From the NCBI GenBank assembly GCA_963770565.1, contig CAVYQE010000011.1, positions 576,001-640,000 on the forward strand: a stretch of 64,000 bases of DNA, read 5' to 3'. The translations under genes were made by a program, and so were the position numbers. Every line of letters starts with the position of its first letter. Positions within the stretch are counted from its first letter, which is position 1. The DNA is from an uncultured Actinomycetota bacterium (GTDB lineage: Bacteria; Actinomycetota; Actinomycetes; JAFAQI01). Below the pieces are notes generated by a model. It saw only the letters and a program-made list of their open reading frames with translations. It ran no database searches and was not told the origin of the DNA. Positions 19,977 through 30,005 of the stretch are shown in pieces.

Positions 19977-21496
19977 GGGTCGACCGGGCCCGGCTCGCCG
20001 ACTGGTCGCCGTACTTCGTTGCGGTGGCGATCGCCGCCGTCTACGTCTGCTTCGCGCCGCACACCGCCGACCTTGCCGGGCAGACCGCGCGTGAGGAACT
20101 GTTCCGTCGAAGCGGCTTCGTGGCCTTCTGGTCCGGCTGGTACGCGGGGGTGCCGAGCGCTGAGTACAGCCTGATCACGCCACCGTTGCTCGGGTTGTTC
20201 GGCGCGGTCTGGCTCGGTGCCCTTTCGATCGTCGCGACCGCGCTGGTCGTCGTGCCGATGCTGCGCACCACGGTCCGGCCGCGGTTGGGCGCGATCGCGT
20301 TCGTCGTCGCGGCTTCACTCGACGTCGCGTCGGGGCGGACGACGTTTGCCGTCGGCGCCGCCGTGGCGCTGGCCGCGATCCTTGCGGTCGAACGGCGATC
20401 GGTCCCGCTGACCGTTTCGTTGGCCGCCCTTGCCACCGCCGCGAGCCCGGTCGCCGGCTTCTTGTTGTTGGTGGCCGCAGCGACGTTGCTGCTCGCGGAC
20501 CGGTCGCGTCGGCAGGTCGCGATCGGCCTCGTAGCCGGCGGGGCCGTCATGCTCGGGGTCGTGGCGCTGCTCTCCCGCGGCACCGTCGGATATGAGCCGT
20601 TCTCCCGGGTGTCGCTGCTGATGGCGGTCGCGACCACGGCGGTGGTCGGACTTGCTCCGGTCGGTCGCCGGCTCCGGGTCGCGGCCGCCGTGACGATCGT
20701 CATGCTGACGGGGGTCTACTTCGTGCACTCGCCGGTCGGTGCCAACGCGACCCGGATCGCGGTGCTGGCCGCTGCGCCGACCTTGATCGCCGCCGCGAAG
20801 GTGTCTCAGCGAATGGTCCTGGTGGCGGCTGGGGTGCTTGCCGGGTTGCTGCCGCTCGCGCAGTTCCACAACGACCTGCGCGCCTTGACCGCCGACGACA
20901 GCTCGCGGGCGTTCGTTGCCCCGTTGCTGGCCCAGCTGTCGACCGATCCGCTGGTCAAGAACCACCGGGTCGAGCTGGTCGACACCGCAACCCACTGGCC
21001 GTCGACCTACCTGCTGCCGAAGGTCGAGCTGGCCCGGGGCTGGGAACGTCAGGTGGACGAGTCGCGAAACCCGATGTTCTACGGTCGCGGGCCGCTGACC
21101 GCCCGCACCTACCGCGAGTTCCTCGACCGGAACGCGGTCGGGGCGATCGCGGTCGCAACCGGCGTACCGCTGGACTACGGCGTCACGCGCGAGGCTGCAC
21201 TGCTGAAGACCGGCCTGCCGTACCTGCAGCTGGTCTGGAGCGACCAGCACTGGCGGCTCTACACCGTCGATCGGCCGACCCCGATCGTCGCCGCTCCGGC
21301 CCGGGTCCTTCGCCTCACCGACACCGGGATGACGATCAAGGTGCCGGCCGCGGGCAACTACTTACTGCGGATGCAGTGGTCGCCGTACCTCGCAGTGACC
21401 GGCGGCCAGCTGAAGGAGACCGCGAACAACCAGGTCGAGCTAAGGCTCACCAGCGGCGGGACCCACGAACTGCACGCCATCTGGCGCCTGCTGTAG
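19973..21496 (+). CDS. Polytopic integral membrane protein with C-terminal extracellular domain, function unknown
   Basis: About 10 hydrophobic segments; DLAGQ..R, WYAG..YSL, SGRTTFAVG, LARGWERQVD motifs of a conserved actinobacterial family. Start overlaps the glnE stop. Confidence 0.8.
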   Translation: MRVDRARLADWSPYFVAVAIAAVYVCFAPHTADLAGQTAREELFRRSGFVAFWSGWYAGVPSAEYSLITPPLLGLFGAVWLGALSIVATALVVVPMLRTTVRPRLGAIAFVVAASLDVASGRTTFAVGAAVALAAILAVERRSVPLTVSLAALATAASPVAGFLLLVAAATLLLADRSRRQVAIGLVAGGAVMLGVVALLSRGTVGYEPFSRVSLLMAVATTAVVGLAPVGRRLRVAAAVTIVMLTGVYFVHSPVGANATRIAVLAAAPTLIAAAKVSQRMVLVAAGVLAGLLPLAQFHNDLRALTADDSSRAFVAPLLAQLSTDPLVKNHRVELVDTATHWPSTYLLPKVELARGWERQVDESRNPMFYGRGPLTARTYREFLDRNAVGAIAVATGVPLDYGVTREAALLKTGLPYLQLVWSDQHWRLYTVDRPTPIVAAPARVLRLTDTGMTIKVPAAGNYLLRMQWSPYLAVTGGQLKETANNQVELRLTSGGTHELHAIWRLL

Positions 21497-21502
21497 GCGG
21501 GC

Positions 21503-22309
21503 TCAGACGCGGACCAACTCCGGGGCGAGCTCGGCGTCGGGCAGCACGATCGTCCCGGGCCGGTAGACGGGCCGGCCTGCCAGCATCCGCTGGATCACGA
21601 TCGCCACGCCGAGCGTCACCGCACCGCCGATCGCATCGAGCACGAAGTGGTTGGCGGTGCCGATGATCACGAAGAACGTGGCTAGCGGGTAGAGCGCACC
21701 GAGCACCTTGACCCAGCGGCGTTCGGCGAGGGCGACGATCGCGAAAGCGCACCACAGCGACCAGCCGATGTGCAGCGACGGCATCGCGGCGAACTGGTTG
21801 GACTCCTTCGCCAGGCCCGGCGAGGCGAGCGAGCCCCAGGTGTGCAGCTTCACCACGGTGTCGACGTACCCCGCCAGCATCCGAGGCGGCGCGACGGCGA
21901 TCAGCCAGAAGCCGATCAGCGCGACCAGGTTGGTCAGGATCAGCACCGAGCGAATCGATCGATAGCGCAGCGGGTGCTTGACGTAGAGCCAGACCAGTAC
22001 GCCGATCGTCACGACGAAGTGCAGCGTCGAGTAGTAGTAGTTGCAGATGTAGGCGAGCCAGTCGTGGCTCGCGACGAAGTGGTTCAAGGAGCGCTCGACG
22101 TCGATGTGCAGCCGGGCCTCGATGGACAGCACCGTCCGCGCGCGGTTGAACGCGCCCGCATCACCGGTGGGGACCGCGTTGCGGACGAGTGAGTAGAGGT
22201 AGTAGACGATCCCGATAAAGGCGATCTCCTGCCACCAGCGCGGCGGTCGAACCGAGCGGACCCGCGCCGGCAGCCAGGCAAAGCCGCGCTTGGCACGATC
22301 CACGCTCAC
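21503..22309 (-). CDS. PAP2-superfamily / inositolphosphotransferase (Aur1/IPC-synthase-like) membrane protein
   Basis: APPRML, NQFAAMPSLHIGW, TANHFVLDAIGG. GTG start with GGAG RBS. Confidence 0.85.
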   Translation of the reverse strand: MSVDRAKRGFAWLPARVRSVRPPRWWQEIAFIGIVYYLYSLVRNAVPTGDAGAFNRARTVLSIEARLHIDVERSLNHFVASHDWLAYICNYYYSTLHFVVTIGVLVWLYVKHPLRYRSIRSVLILTNLVALIGFWLIAVAPPRMLAGYVDTVVKLHTWGSLASPGLAKESNQFAAMPSLHIGWSLWCAFAIVALAERRWVKVLGALYPLATFFVIIGTANHFVLDAIGGAVTLGVAIVIQRMLAGRPVYRPGTIVLPDAELAPELVRV

Positions 22310-22437
22310 GCCGCCACTCCCTGCGCTCGATCGGATTCGTGCCACGCCTCGTCGATTCTGCCAGATCGCGGGCGGTTGGAACCGGCCCCGCGCGCGGCGC
22401 GTCCAAATCATCGGACGAGTGGGAGGGTGATCCGGAC

Positions 22438-23697
22438 ATGAGGAAGGTCAGCCGCAGCGTGGCTGCCGGTGTATCGCTTGCGGTCGTAGCTGGCCTGGCC
22501 GGCTGCGGCGGGTCGGCGAGTTCGGGCGGGTCGGCAGGCCCGCGGGTCGCCGGCAACGCGATCCTGGTCGGCCAGGTCGAGCCGCTCCATCCGGGGTCAT
22601 TGACCGCGCGCCAGGTCGCCGCGGACGACACCGCATTCGGGTTCGCCCTGTTCCACCAGCTGTGCACGGCCGCGCCGACGGCCAACCTGACCATCTCGCC
22701 GGCGAGCGCGGCCCAGGCGCTCGGCATGCTCGACGCCGGCTCGGTGGGCGGCACTCAGGCCGCCGTCAGCCGGCTGCTGCGCCTGCCTAGCTGGAGTCCG
22801 GCGGTAGTGGCTGCCCTGCACGCCCAGACCGCGGCGCTCAAGACCGTCTCACAGGTGACCGTGACCAACCACGTCTTCGAGCAGACCGGTCTGGCGCCGA
22901 CCAAGAACGCCCTCGATGACCTGCAGACCGCGTACGCCGCCGACCTGCGGCAGCTCGATTTCGCCTCGGAACCGGGGGCCACTGACACGATCAACTCGGT
23001 GATCAGCCACGACACCGACGGGTTGATCCCGTCGTTGTTCGGTCAACCGCTCGACCCGAGCACCAGGACGGTGCTCGCCAACGCGATCCTGCTCGACGCG
23101 AAGTGGCAGCAGCCGTTCCCCACCTCGGCGTCCGGGACATTCCACTCCGCGAGTGGCACGACCGTGACGACGCCGATGATGTCCAATGAGAACGGCTCAT
23201 TCGCTAGCCGGACGGCGGATGGCTGGCAGTCGGTCGTCCTGCCCTACGTCGGCGACCTGCAGGCGGTGGCCATCCTGCCGCCGGCCGCCACGGATCAGAG
23301 CTCCGCAGCCGGGTGCGCAACGCCGAGTGCGCCGACCGTGGCGGCGTTGACGACCGGGAGCGCCCAGAACGTCGAGGCGGTTCTGCCCAAGCTGAACCTC
23401 TCTCAGACCCTGCCGCTGACCAGCACGCTCGGGTCGATGGGCTTGCCGCTGTCGGGCGACTACTCCGGCCTCGGCGCGGGTGACAGCCAGATCTCCGAGG
23501 TGGTCCAGAAGGTCGTCATGAAAGTCGACCAGCGTGGCACGAAGGCAGCCGCGGCAACGGGCATCGCGGTGACGTCATCGGCCCGGGTCGGCGGAACGGT
23601 CGTGACCTTCGACCGGCCGTTCCTGTTGCTGCTCGAGGACCGTACGACGAACACCCCGCTGTTCCTCGCCCGCGTCGCGGACCCGACCCAGCAATAG
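22438..23697 (+). CDS. Serpin-family lipoprotein
   Basis: Lipobox LAGC. ISPAS, VLANAILLDAKWQQPF, hinge DQRGTKAAAAT, C-terminal FDRPFLLLLEDRTTNTPLFLARVADP. Confidence 0.92.
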   Translation: MRKVSRSVAAGVSLAVVAGLAGCGGSASSGGSAGPRVAGNAILVGQVEPLHPGSLTARQVAADDTAFGFALFHQLCTAAPTANLTISPASAAQALGMLDAGSVGGTQAAVSRLLRLPSWSPAVVAALHAQTAALKTVSQVTVTNHVFEQTGLAPTKNALDDLQTAYAADLRQLDFASEPGATDTINSVISHDTDGLIPSLFGQPLDPSTRTVLANAILLDAKWQQPFPTSASGTFHSASGTTVTTPMMSNENGSFASRTADGWQSVVLPYVGDLQAVAILPPAATDQSSAAGCATPSAPTVAALTTGSAQNVEAVLPKLNLSQTLPLTSTLGSMGLPLSGDYSGLGAGDSQISEVVQKVVMKVDQRGTKAAAATGIAVTSSARVGGTVVTFDRPFLLLLEDRTTNTPLFLARVADPTQQ

Positions 23698-23756
23698 CCC
23701 CACCAATGGGCCATGCGTGGGGCTATGACCCCACCAATGGGCCATGCGTGGGGCTA
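23695..23756. repeat. 31-bp palindromic tandem repeat, family 1, locus 2 (2 copies)
   Basis: TAGCCCCACCAATGGGCCATGCGTGGGGCTA TGACCCCACCAATGGGCCATGCGTGGGGCTA. Fills the gap between two convergent genes and includes both TAG stops. Confidence 0.95.
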
Positions 23757-25538
23757 GCGGCGGACCCGAGCCGGTACCCGACGTAGCCGGCGCCAGCCGG
23801 CCGCCGCGACCACCGCGATCGCCAACAGTCCGCCGTACGGCCAGGGCAGGCCGAGCCCGCCTTCCAGCCGACGCGACTGGTAGGGCCGCGACTGGTAGGG
23901 CTTCGTGTGCGACGACGCGCACCATGGGTTGGCCGGCACGCCCGCGCACGGGTTGGGCATCGTGCGCTGTTTGGGAAGCGGCTTGAGCCTGACCTTGGTG
24001 GTCTTGGGGTAGTGCGCGACCACGCCGCTCGGGCAGTCGATGAGCAGACCGCTTGCGCAGCTGGCCTGCTCGGCGAGGGTGAAGGTCGGTCCGGACCCCG
24101 GGTAGATCGCCTTGCCGCAGGCGCCTTCGTACTTCTGCAGGTGGTGCGGCCAGGTGCTCAGACCCGCGCTGTCGGTGTTGTGGGCGAAGCAGTTGCCCGG
24201 CTCGTGCGGCCGGTTTGCCGGGTCGAGAGCCAGGTTGGCGATGTCGCCGTTGGTCACGTTCCCGTAGCCGCCGTTGTGGCTGAAGGTGTTGTCCTTCACG
24301 ATGTTTGCGGTTGTGTAGAACAGGCACTTCACCGGGATTCCGAGGATGTTGCCGTTCGCCACGCCGCCGTGGCAGTTGCCCGGTGAGTGGGCGGCCGTGT
24401 GACCGGTGTCCGGGAAGATCGTGGTCAGGACGCCCCACGACTTGTTGTCCGTGATCCGGTTCTTGTACAGCGTGATGTTGTGCGTCCCCGCCAGCACGAT
24501 CCCGGTGCCGACCGGCCCGAACCCGGCCGTTCCGGCGTACGGCACGTTGGGGTTGTTGTTGTCGTGTACGTAGTTGTGCCGCCAGATCTCGCATGACGTG
24601 GTGCCGAGCGGCCCCGTCACGCCCTTCCGGCAGCTGCCGAGCTGGGGTGGCGGCGGGTCGCCGCTGTTCATGCTGTTGGAGACCATGCCGGCCTTGTTCT
24701 GGTCCCACTCGGTGTTCTCGATGATGAAGCTGCCGCCGGAGTTGGTCGCGGACAGGCCGAGTGCCGAGTTCTCCGCGTGGCCGTGGTTGATGATCGCGTG
24801 GCAGTTGCGGCAGGCGCCGATGTAGTAGGCGGAGTCGTTGAAGTTGCTCGAGTAGGTGTGATTCATCTCGCCCGGGCCACGTGAGTTGCTGACGAACAGG
24901 CCGTACTGAGCGGCGCTGTCCGGGTGCTTCGGGTTGAAGAACGTCGTCGTGGCGGTCAGGTAGTTGCCGTACCACGAGCCGAGCCCGATCTTGCCGCCGT
25001 CGTCACCGCCGTTCCACCAGATCTCGTTGCCGGTGTCGGCGCTTCCGGTCAGGAAGTTGCAGACCGTGAAGTTCTCGAAGTAGACCCCGCTCGCGCCCAG
25101 CGCCTCCGGGCCATTGCGGCCCTGGGCGACGCCGTGGACCTTCTGTCCGTGATCCTGCGCCTGCTTGCTCTTCGAGCACGGCTTCGAGCCGACCTTGGTG
25201 CCGTCGATGATCACCTTGTTGCGGTTCATCCCACGGATGTGGACCTGCGGTGTCGTAACCAGCATCGCCGACGGGAACGGCGTCCCCGACTGTGCCTTCG
25301 ACTTGTCCATCTGCGGGTGCCAGTCACCCGGGCCGATCAACAGCCAGTCGCCCGGCTTGAGGGCAGCGATCGCCGCATCGATGGTCGGCTCGTTGCCCGC
25401 GATGCCGTGCCAGGTGCCGACTCGAAGGACCTGAGGGGTGGCGGCGCTGCTGCCGGCGACCCCGACCGAGGAGGAGGCGAGCAGCGTGAACGCCGCGATG
25501 CCGACGACGAGGTGGGTGACTCTAGGTGGGCGCATCAC
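23754..25538 (-). CDS. Secreted right-handed parallel beta-helix protein with C-terminal membrane anchor
   Basis: Signal peptide; TIDAAI..LKPGDWLLIGPG, HIRGMNRNKVIIDG, YGLF.SNS.GPG, DSAYYIGAC, Asn-rich beta-helix rungs; C-terminal TM followed by an RRLRR tail. Confidence 0.8.
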   Translation of the reverse strand: MMRPPRVTHLVVGIAAFTLLASSSVGVAGSSAATPQVLRVGTWHGIAGNEPTIDAAIAALKPGDWLLIGPGDWHPQMDKSKAQSGTPFPSAMLVTTPQVHIRGMNRNKVIIDGTKVGSKPCSKSKQAQDHGQKVHGVAQGRNGPEALGASGVYFENFTVCNFLTGSADTGNEIWWNGGDDGGKIGLGSWYGNYLTATTTFFNPKHPDSAAQYGLFVSNSRGPGEMNHTYSSNFNDSAYYIGACRNCHAIINHGHAENSALGLSATNSGGSFIIENTEWDQNKAGMVSNSMNSGDPPPPQLGSCRKGVTGPLGTTSCEIWRHNYVHDNNNPNVPYAGTAGFGPVGTGIVLAGTHNITLYKNRITDNKSWGVLTTIFPDTGHTAAHSPGNCHGGVANGNILGIPVKCLFYTTANIVKDNTFSHNGGYGNVTNGDIANLALDPANRPHEPGNCFAHNTDSAGLSTWPHHLQKYEGACGKAIYPGSGPTFTLAEQASCASGLLIDCPSGVVAHYPKTTKVRLKPLPKQRTMPNPCAGVPANPWCASSHTKPYQSRPYQSRRLEGGLGLPWPYGGLLAIAVVAAAGWRRLRRVPARVRR

Positions 25539-25584
25539 CCGGGCACCATACGACCCTTGCCCGGCCTTGGCGAGCGGTCGCCGG

Positions 25585-26535
25585 TTACTCCGGGCGGTCG
25601 ACCTGCAGGCGGATCGTCGTGCCCGCCGCGGTGGACCGCAGCTGGACCAGGTCGCACAGCTCGTTCGCCATCCACAGACCGCGGCCGTGGTCGGCTCCGT
25701 CGCTCGGCGGCCGCCGCCCGGCGAGCGGGTCGGCGATGAACCCGGTGTCGCGGATCTCGCAGACCACCGTGTCCGGTGTCGACCACATCCGCAGCGTGCC
25801 GGACCCGGGCGTGTGCACGATGGTGTTGGTGGTGATCTCGTTGACCGCCAGTACCAGGTCTTGACAGCGCCGCGGTGTCAGCCCGCTGGCGAGCGCGAAG
25901 TCCAGCACGCAGCGCCGCAAGCCGGTGACGTCGTCGTCGACCGCCACGATCGATGCACCGTCGGGCGGGTCGGGCAGCGGGTCGGCCTCGGTGTAGAGGC
26001 GAGCCGGGTCGGCGTAGTGCGCGCTGCGACGGTGCCGGGCGGCCTCGATCATGCCCGGATGCGTGCGCCAGGCGTCCGCGATGATGCCAGGAGCGAGGCG
26101 GGTCACGTCGTACGGGCACAGGATGTCGACCGCAACCCGGCGAAACGCCGAGTTGATCATCGCCTCGTGCCGGGTGGCCTCGTGGATCTCGGCCGCCGAG
26201 CGGCCGGCCCAGATCGGCTCGCCGACGAACCGGACCCGGCGGGACGGATGGGCGTCGACGAAGCGGTAAATGGCGGGCATGATCCGGCCCGGGTTGCGCC
26301 CGATCTCACTCATGTCAGCGAACCGGACGTCCCGTCCCTCACCGTCGAGCCGGTCGCGGATCGCGCTGAGGTTCGGCTCCGGCACCGCGACGAAGACCGG
26401 TTGGTCCGCGTGCAGGCCGGCCCGCAGGAAGCCGAGGACGCCGGCCAGGTAGTCGTTGCGGTCACGGTAGAGCAGGCCGTCGTGCGTCAGGGCGGCATCG
26501 CCCGTCGCCTGTTCCTCGAGGACCGCGCTCACCAT
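25585..26535 (-). CDS. MEDS + HATPase anti-sigma factor (RsbA/PrsR-like) regulator
   Basis: HDGLLY, GRNPGRI, RFVGEPIW.GRS..E..E..RHE..IN, LCPYD, LAVNEITTN, EIRDTG, GRGLW. Confidence 0.9.
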   Translation of the reverse strand: MVSAVLEEQATGDAALTHDGLLYRDRNDYLAGVLGFLRAGLHADQPVFVAVPEPNLSAIRDRLDGEGRDVRFADMSEIGRNPGRIMPAIYRFVDAHPSRRVRFVGEPIWAGRSAAEIHEATRHEAMINSAFRRVAVDILCPYDVTRLAPGIIADAWRTHPGMIEAARHRRSAHYADPARLYTEADPLPDPPDGASIVAVDDDVTGLRRCVLDFALASGLTPRRCQDLVLAVNEITTNTIVHTPGSGTLRMWSTPDTVVCEIRDTGFIADPLAGRRPPSDGADHGRGLWMANELCDLVQLRSTAAGTTIRLQVDRPE

Positions 26536-26678
26536 CGAAGTGTTCCCGCCGCCTAAACACCGCTTCAAACCCGCTGGCACCGGCGTCGTACCGGATTTGT
26601 CGCCCGCGCCCCACTTCGGCGGCCTGGTCCGCCCCCGGTGGTTCGCATCCGGCCGGTGCGGGTCCGTACCCTGCAGGT

Positions 26679-28169
26679 ATGCAGACGTTGATCGCGCATT
26701 GGATTGGTGGAAAGCAGGCGCCGAGCGAATCGGGCCGGACCTCGCCGGTGTTCAACCCGGCGACGGGGGAGCAGACCGGGTCGGTCGGCCTGGCAAGCGC
26801 CGCGGAGGTCGATGCCGCCGTAGCGGTCGCCAAGGAAGCGGCGCGGGAGTGGCGGACCGCTTCGCTGTCGAAGCGCGCGGCCATCCTGTTCGAGTTCCGT
26901 GAGCTGCTGCACCGCCGCCAGACCGAGCTGGCCGCCATCGTGACGAGCGAGCACGGCAAGGTCCTCGCGGACGCGCTTGGTGAGGTCGCTCGTGGCCTGG
27001 AGAACGTCGAGTTCGCGACCGGGGTCCCGCAGCTGCTCAAGGGCGGCTTCTCCGAGCAGGCCTCGACCGATGTCGACGTGTACTCGATCCGCCAGCCGCT
27101 GGGGGTGGTGGCCGGGATCACGCCGTTCAACTTCCCGGCGATGGTGCCGCTGTGGATGTGCGCGAACGCGATCGCGGCCGGCAACGCCTTCGTGCTCAAG
27201 CCGAGCGAGAAGGACCCATCGGCGTCGTTGTTCCTGGCCCAGCTCTGGAAGGACGCGGGTCTGCCCGACGGCGTGTTCAACGTGGTGCAGGGTGACAAGG
27301 AGGCGGTCGACCGGCTGCTGACCCACCCGGACATCGCCGCGGTGAGCTTCGTCGGGTCCACGCCGATCGCCCGCTACATCTACGAGACCGGTACGGCGCA
27401 CGGCAAGCGGGTCCAGGCGCTCGGCGGTGCCAAGAACCACATGCTGGTGCTGCCGGACGCGGACGTCGACATGGCCGCCGATGCCGCGGTCTCAGCGGCG
27501 TACGGCGCGGCCGGAGAGCGGTGCATGGCGATCTCGGTGGCGGTTGCCGTCGGCGACGTGGGCGACCGTCTTGTCGATGCCATCGCCGCGCGGCTGCCGA
27601 AGCTCACGATCGGCAACGGCGCCGATCCCGACACCGACATGGGGCCGCTGATCACCGCGGAGCACCGCGACAAGGTCGCCGGCTACATCGCCGCCGGCGC
27701 CGAGGCCGGCGCGCGCGTGGTGGTGGACGGCCGCGAGGCGCAGTTGCCCGAGGCCGGTTTCTTCCTCGGCACCACGTTGCTCGACAACGTCACCACCGAG
27801 ATGTCCGTCTACGTCGACGAGATCTTCGGTCCGGTCCTCGCGGTCGTGCGGGCCGACACCTATGAGGACGGGCTCGAGGTGATCAACTCGAACCCGTACG
27901 CCAACGGGGCCGCGATCTTCACCCGCGACGGCGGCGCCGCTCGACGGTTCCAGTTCGACGTCGAGGTCGGGATGGTCGGGGTCAACGTCCCGATTCCGGT
28001 GCCGGTCGCGTACTACTCCTTCGGCGGCTGGAAGGCCTCGCTGTTCGGCGACCAGCACATGTACGGCCCGGAGGGCATCAACTTCTACACCCGGGGCAAG
28101 GTCGTGACGTCGCGCTGGCCGGATCCGGCCGACTCGATGGTCGACCTCGGCTTCCCCCGCACGCGATGA
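26679..28169 (+). CDS. mmsA: CoA-acylating methylmalonate/malonate-semialdehyde dehydrogenase
   Basis: ITPFNFPAMVP, LKPSEKDP, SFVGSTP, RVQALGGAKNH, GERCMA, EIFGPV, VGVNVPIPVP, FGGWKASLFG. Confidence 0.95.
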   Translation: MQTLIAHWIGGKQAPSESGRTSPVFNPATGEQTGSVGLASAAEVDAAVAVAKEAAREWRTASLSKRAAILFEFRELLHRRQTELAAIVTSEHGKVLADALGEVARGLENVEFATGVPQLLKGGFSEQASTDVDVYSIRQPLGVVAGITPFNFPAMVPLWMCANAIAAGNAFVLKPSEKDPSASLFLAQLWKDAGLPDGVFNVVQGDKEAVDRLLTHPDIAAVSFVGSTPIARYIYETGTAHGKRVQALGGAKNHMLVLPDADVDMAADAAVSAAYGAAGERCMAISVAVAVGDVGDRLVDAIAARLPKLTIGNGADPDTDMGPLITAEHRDKVAGYIAAGAEAGARVVVDGREAQLPEAGFFLGTTLLDNVTTEMSVYVDEIFGPVLAVVRADTYEDGLEVINSNPYANGAAIFTRDGGAARRFQFDVEVGMVGVNVPIPVPVAYYSFGGWKASLFGDQHMYGPEGINFYTRGKVVTSRWPDPADSMVDLGFPRTR

Positions 28170-29550
28170 CCGAGTTGATGCCGGCCCGGGCCGGCGAGAC
28201 CCTCGACGAGGCGCAGGTCCGCGCGCTCGACCGCGCCCACGTGTTCCACTCGTGGTCGGCGCAGGCGCTGATCGACCCGCTGCCGATCGCCGGTGCGCTG
28301 AGGGTCGCTGCTTCTGGGACTACGACGGCCGGCGCTACCTCGACTTCTCCTCGCCAGCTGGTCAACGTCAACATCGGCTACCAGCACCCCAAGCTGGTCG
28401 CCGCGATCCAGGCCCAGGCGGCCAACGCTCTGCACGATCGCACCGTCGTTCGCCAACGACGCGCGCAGCGAGGCGGCCCGGCTGATCGCGGAGCTCGCCC
28501 CCGGGGATCTCAACCAGGTCTTCTTCACCAACGGCGGCGCCGAGGCCAACGAGAACGCGATCCGGATGGCCCGGCTGCACACCGGGCGGCACAAGGTGTT
28601 CGCGGCGTACCGCAGCTACCACGGCGCCACCGCCGGCGCGATCGCGCTGACCGGCGACCCGCGGCGCTGGGCCGTCCGAGCCGGGCATTCCCGGGCATCG
28701 TCCGCTTCTGGGGCCCGTACCCGTACCGGTCGGCGTTCCACTCGGCCGACGCGGCCGAGGAGTCGGCAGCGCGCGCTGCAGCACCTGCGCGACCTGATCA
28801 TGGTCGAGGGGCCGCACACGATCGCCGCGATCATCCTCGAGACGGTCGTCGGCACGAACGGCATCCTCGTGCCGCCGCGACGGGCTACCTGGCCGGCGTC
28901 CGGGCGATCTGCGACGAGTTCGGGATCATGATGATCGCCGACGAGGTGATGGCCGGCTTCGGCCGCTGCGGGCGAGTGGTTCGCGGTCGACCACTGGGGC
29001 GTCACGCCCGACCTGATCACCTTCGCGAAGGGCGTGAACTCCGGCTACGTCCCGCTCGGCGGCGTGATCATCTCCGACGCGATCGCCGCGTCGTTCCAGA
29101 CCAGCGCTCTACCCCGGTGGCCTCACCTACTCGGGGCACCCGCTGGCGTGCGCGTCGGCGGTGGCCTCGATCGGGATCTTCCGTGAGGAAGGGATCATCG
29201 AGAACGCCCGGCGGATCGGGACCGAGGTGCTCGGGCCCGGCCTCGACGCACTCGCCGAGCGGCACCCGTCGATCGGCGAGGTGCGCGGGCTCGGCGTGTT
29301 CTGGGCGGTCGAGCTGGTCCGCGACCGGCGGACCCGGGAGCCGCTGGTGCCGTTCAACGCCGGTGGCCCGGCGGCCGCGCCGATGGCGGAGTTCACCGCG
29401 GCCTGCAAGGAGCGCGGGCTCTGGCCGTTCGTGCACTTCAACCGAACGCATGTCGTCCCGCCCTGCACGGTCACCGACGACGAGGCCCGCGAGGGACTTC
29501 AGATCCTCGACGAGGCGCTCGAGGTCGCGGACCGCTACTACACCGGCTGA
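28166..29550 (+). CDS. Class III PLP aminotransferase (beta-alanine/taurine-pyruvate-type; multiple frameshifts)
   Basis: DRAHVFHSWSAQ, YLDFSS, VFFTNGGAEANENA, SYHGAT, IADEVMAGFGR, TFAKG (PLP Lys), GLTYSGHP, EVRGLG, distributed over frames. Confidence 0.9.
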
Positions 29551-29677
29551 CCGATCCGCGGATCTGGTGATCATCGCCGCGGGTCTTGTGTCAGACTGGT
29601 CGGCATCTAGCGCGCCTGGATCTGACCCGGACCCTGTGCTCCTCGCCGCTTGGCAACGCCAGGCGAAGGTGGCAAGC

Positions 29678-30001
29678 GTGACAAAGCGACGTGACTCGAA
29701 GATCGACCCCTACCCTCCCGATCCGGCTGCTCTGCCGCGCTGGGATGTCCCGCCCCGGGTCACCCGGGGCGATGCACGATCGGTTTCGTGCCTGTACTGC
29801 GCGGCCGCGATTCCGGCCAGTGCGTTCGTCTACTGGACGCGCAAGACCCGGCTGTTGTCCGCGGACTGCCCCGAGTGCACCCGTCGTACGACGTTGGCGG
29901 TGCGCGGGCTCGGTCCGCTCCTGCTGCCGGCTGAACGCGGGATCACGGTCGTGCTGTCGCGATCAACGCTCGAACTGGTGGATGCTCACCCGGCGGGTTG
30001 A
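29678..30001 (+). CDS. Small hypothetical protein with CxxC...CxxC zinc-ribbon motif
   Basis: 107-aa frame VTKRRDSK...VSCLYCAAAIP...SADCPECTRRTTL...; fills the intergenic gap. Confidence 0.5.
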   Translation: MTKRRDSKIDPYPPDPAALPRWDVPPRVTRGDARSVSCLYCAAAIPASAFVYWTRKTRLLSADCPECTRRTTLAVRGLGPLLLPAERGITVVLSRSTLELVDAHPAG

Positions 30002-30005
30002 GCGC

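Noticed and set aside
25585-26600. Complete sigma/anti-sigma partner-switching locus or SigB/F promoter at the MEDS gene
   Set aside because: No sigma or STAS gene is adjacent, and the GTTT...GGGAA spacing does not fit the consensus. Orphan MEDS-HATPase genes are common.
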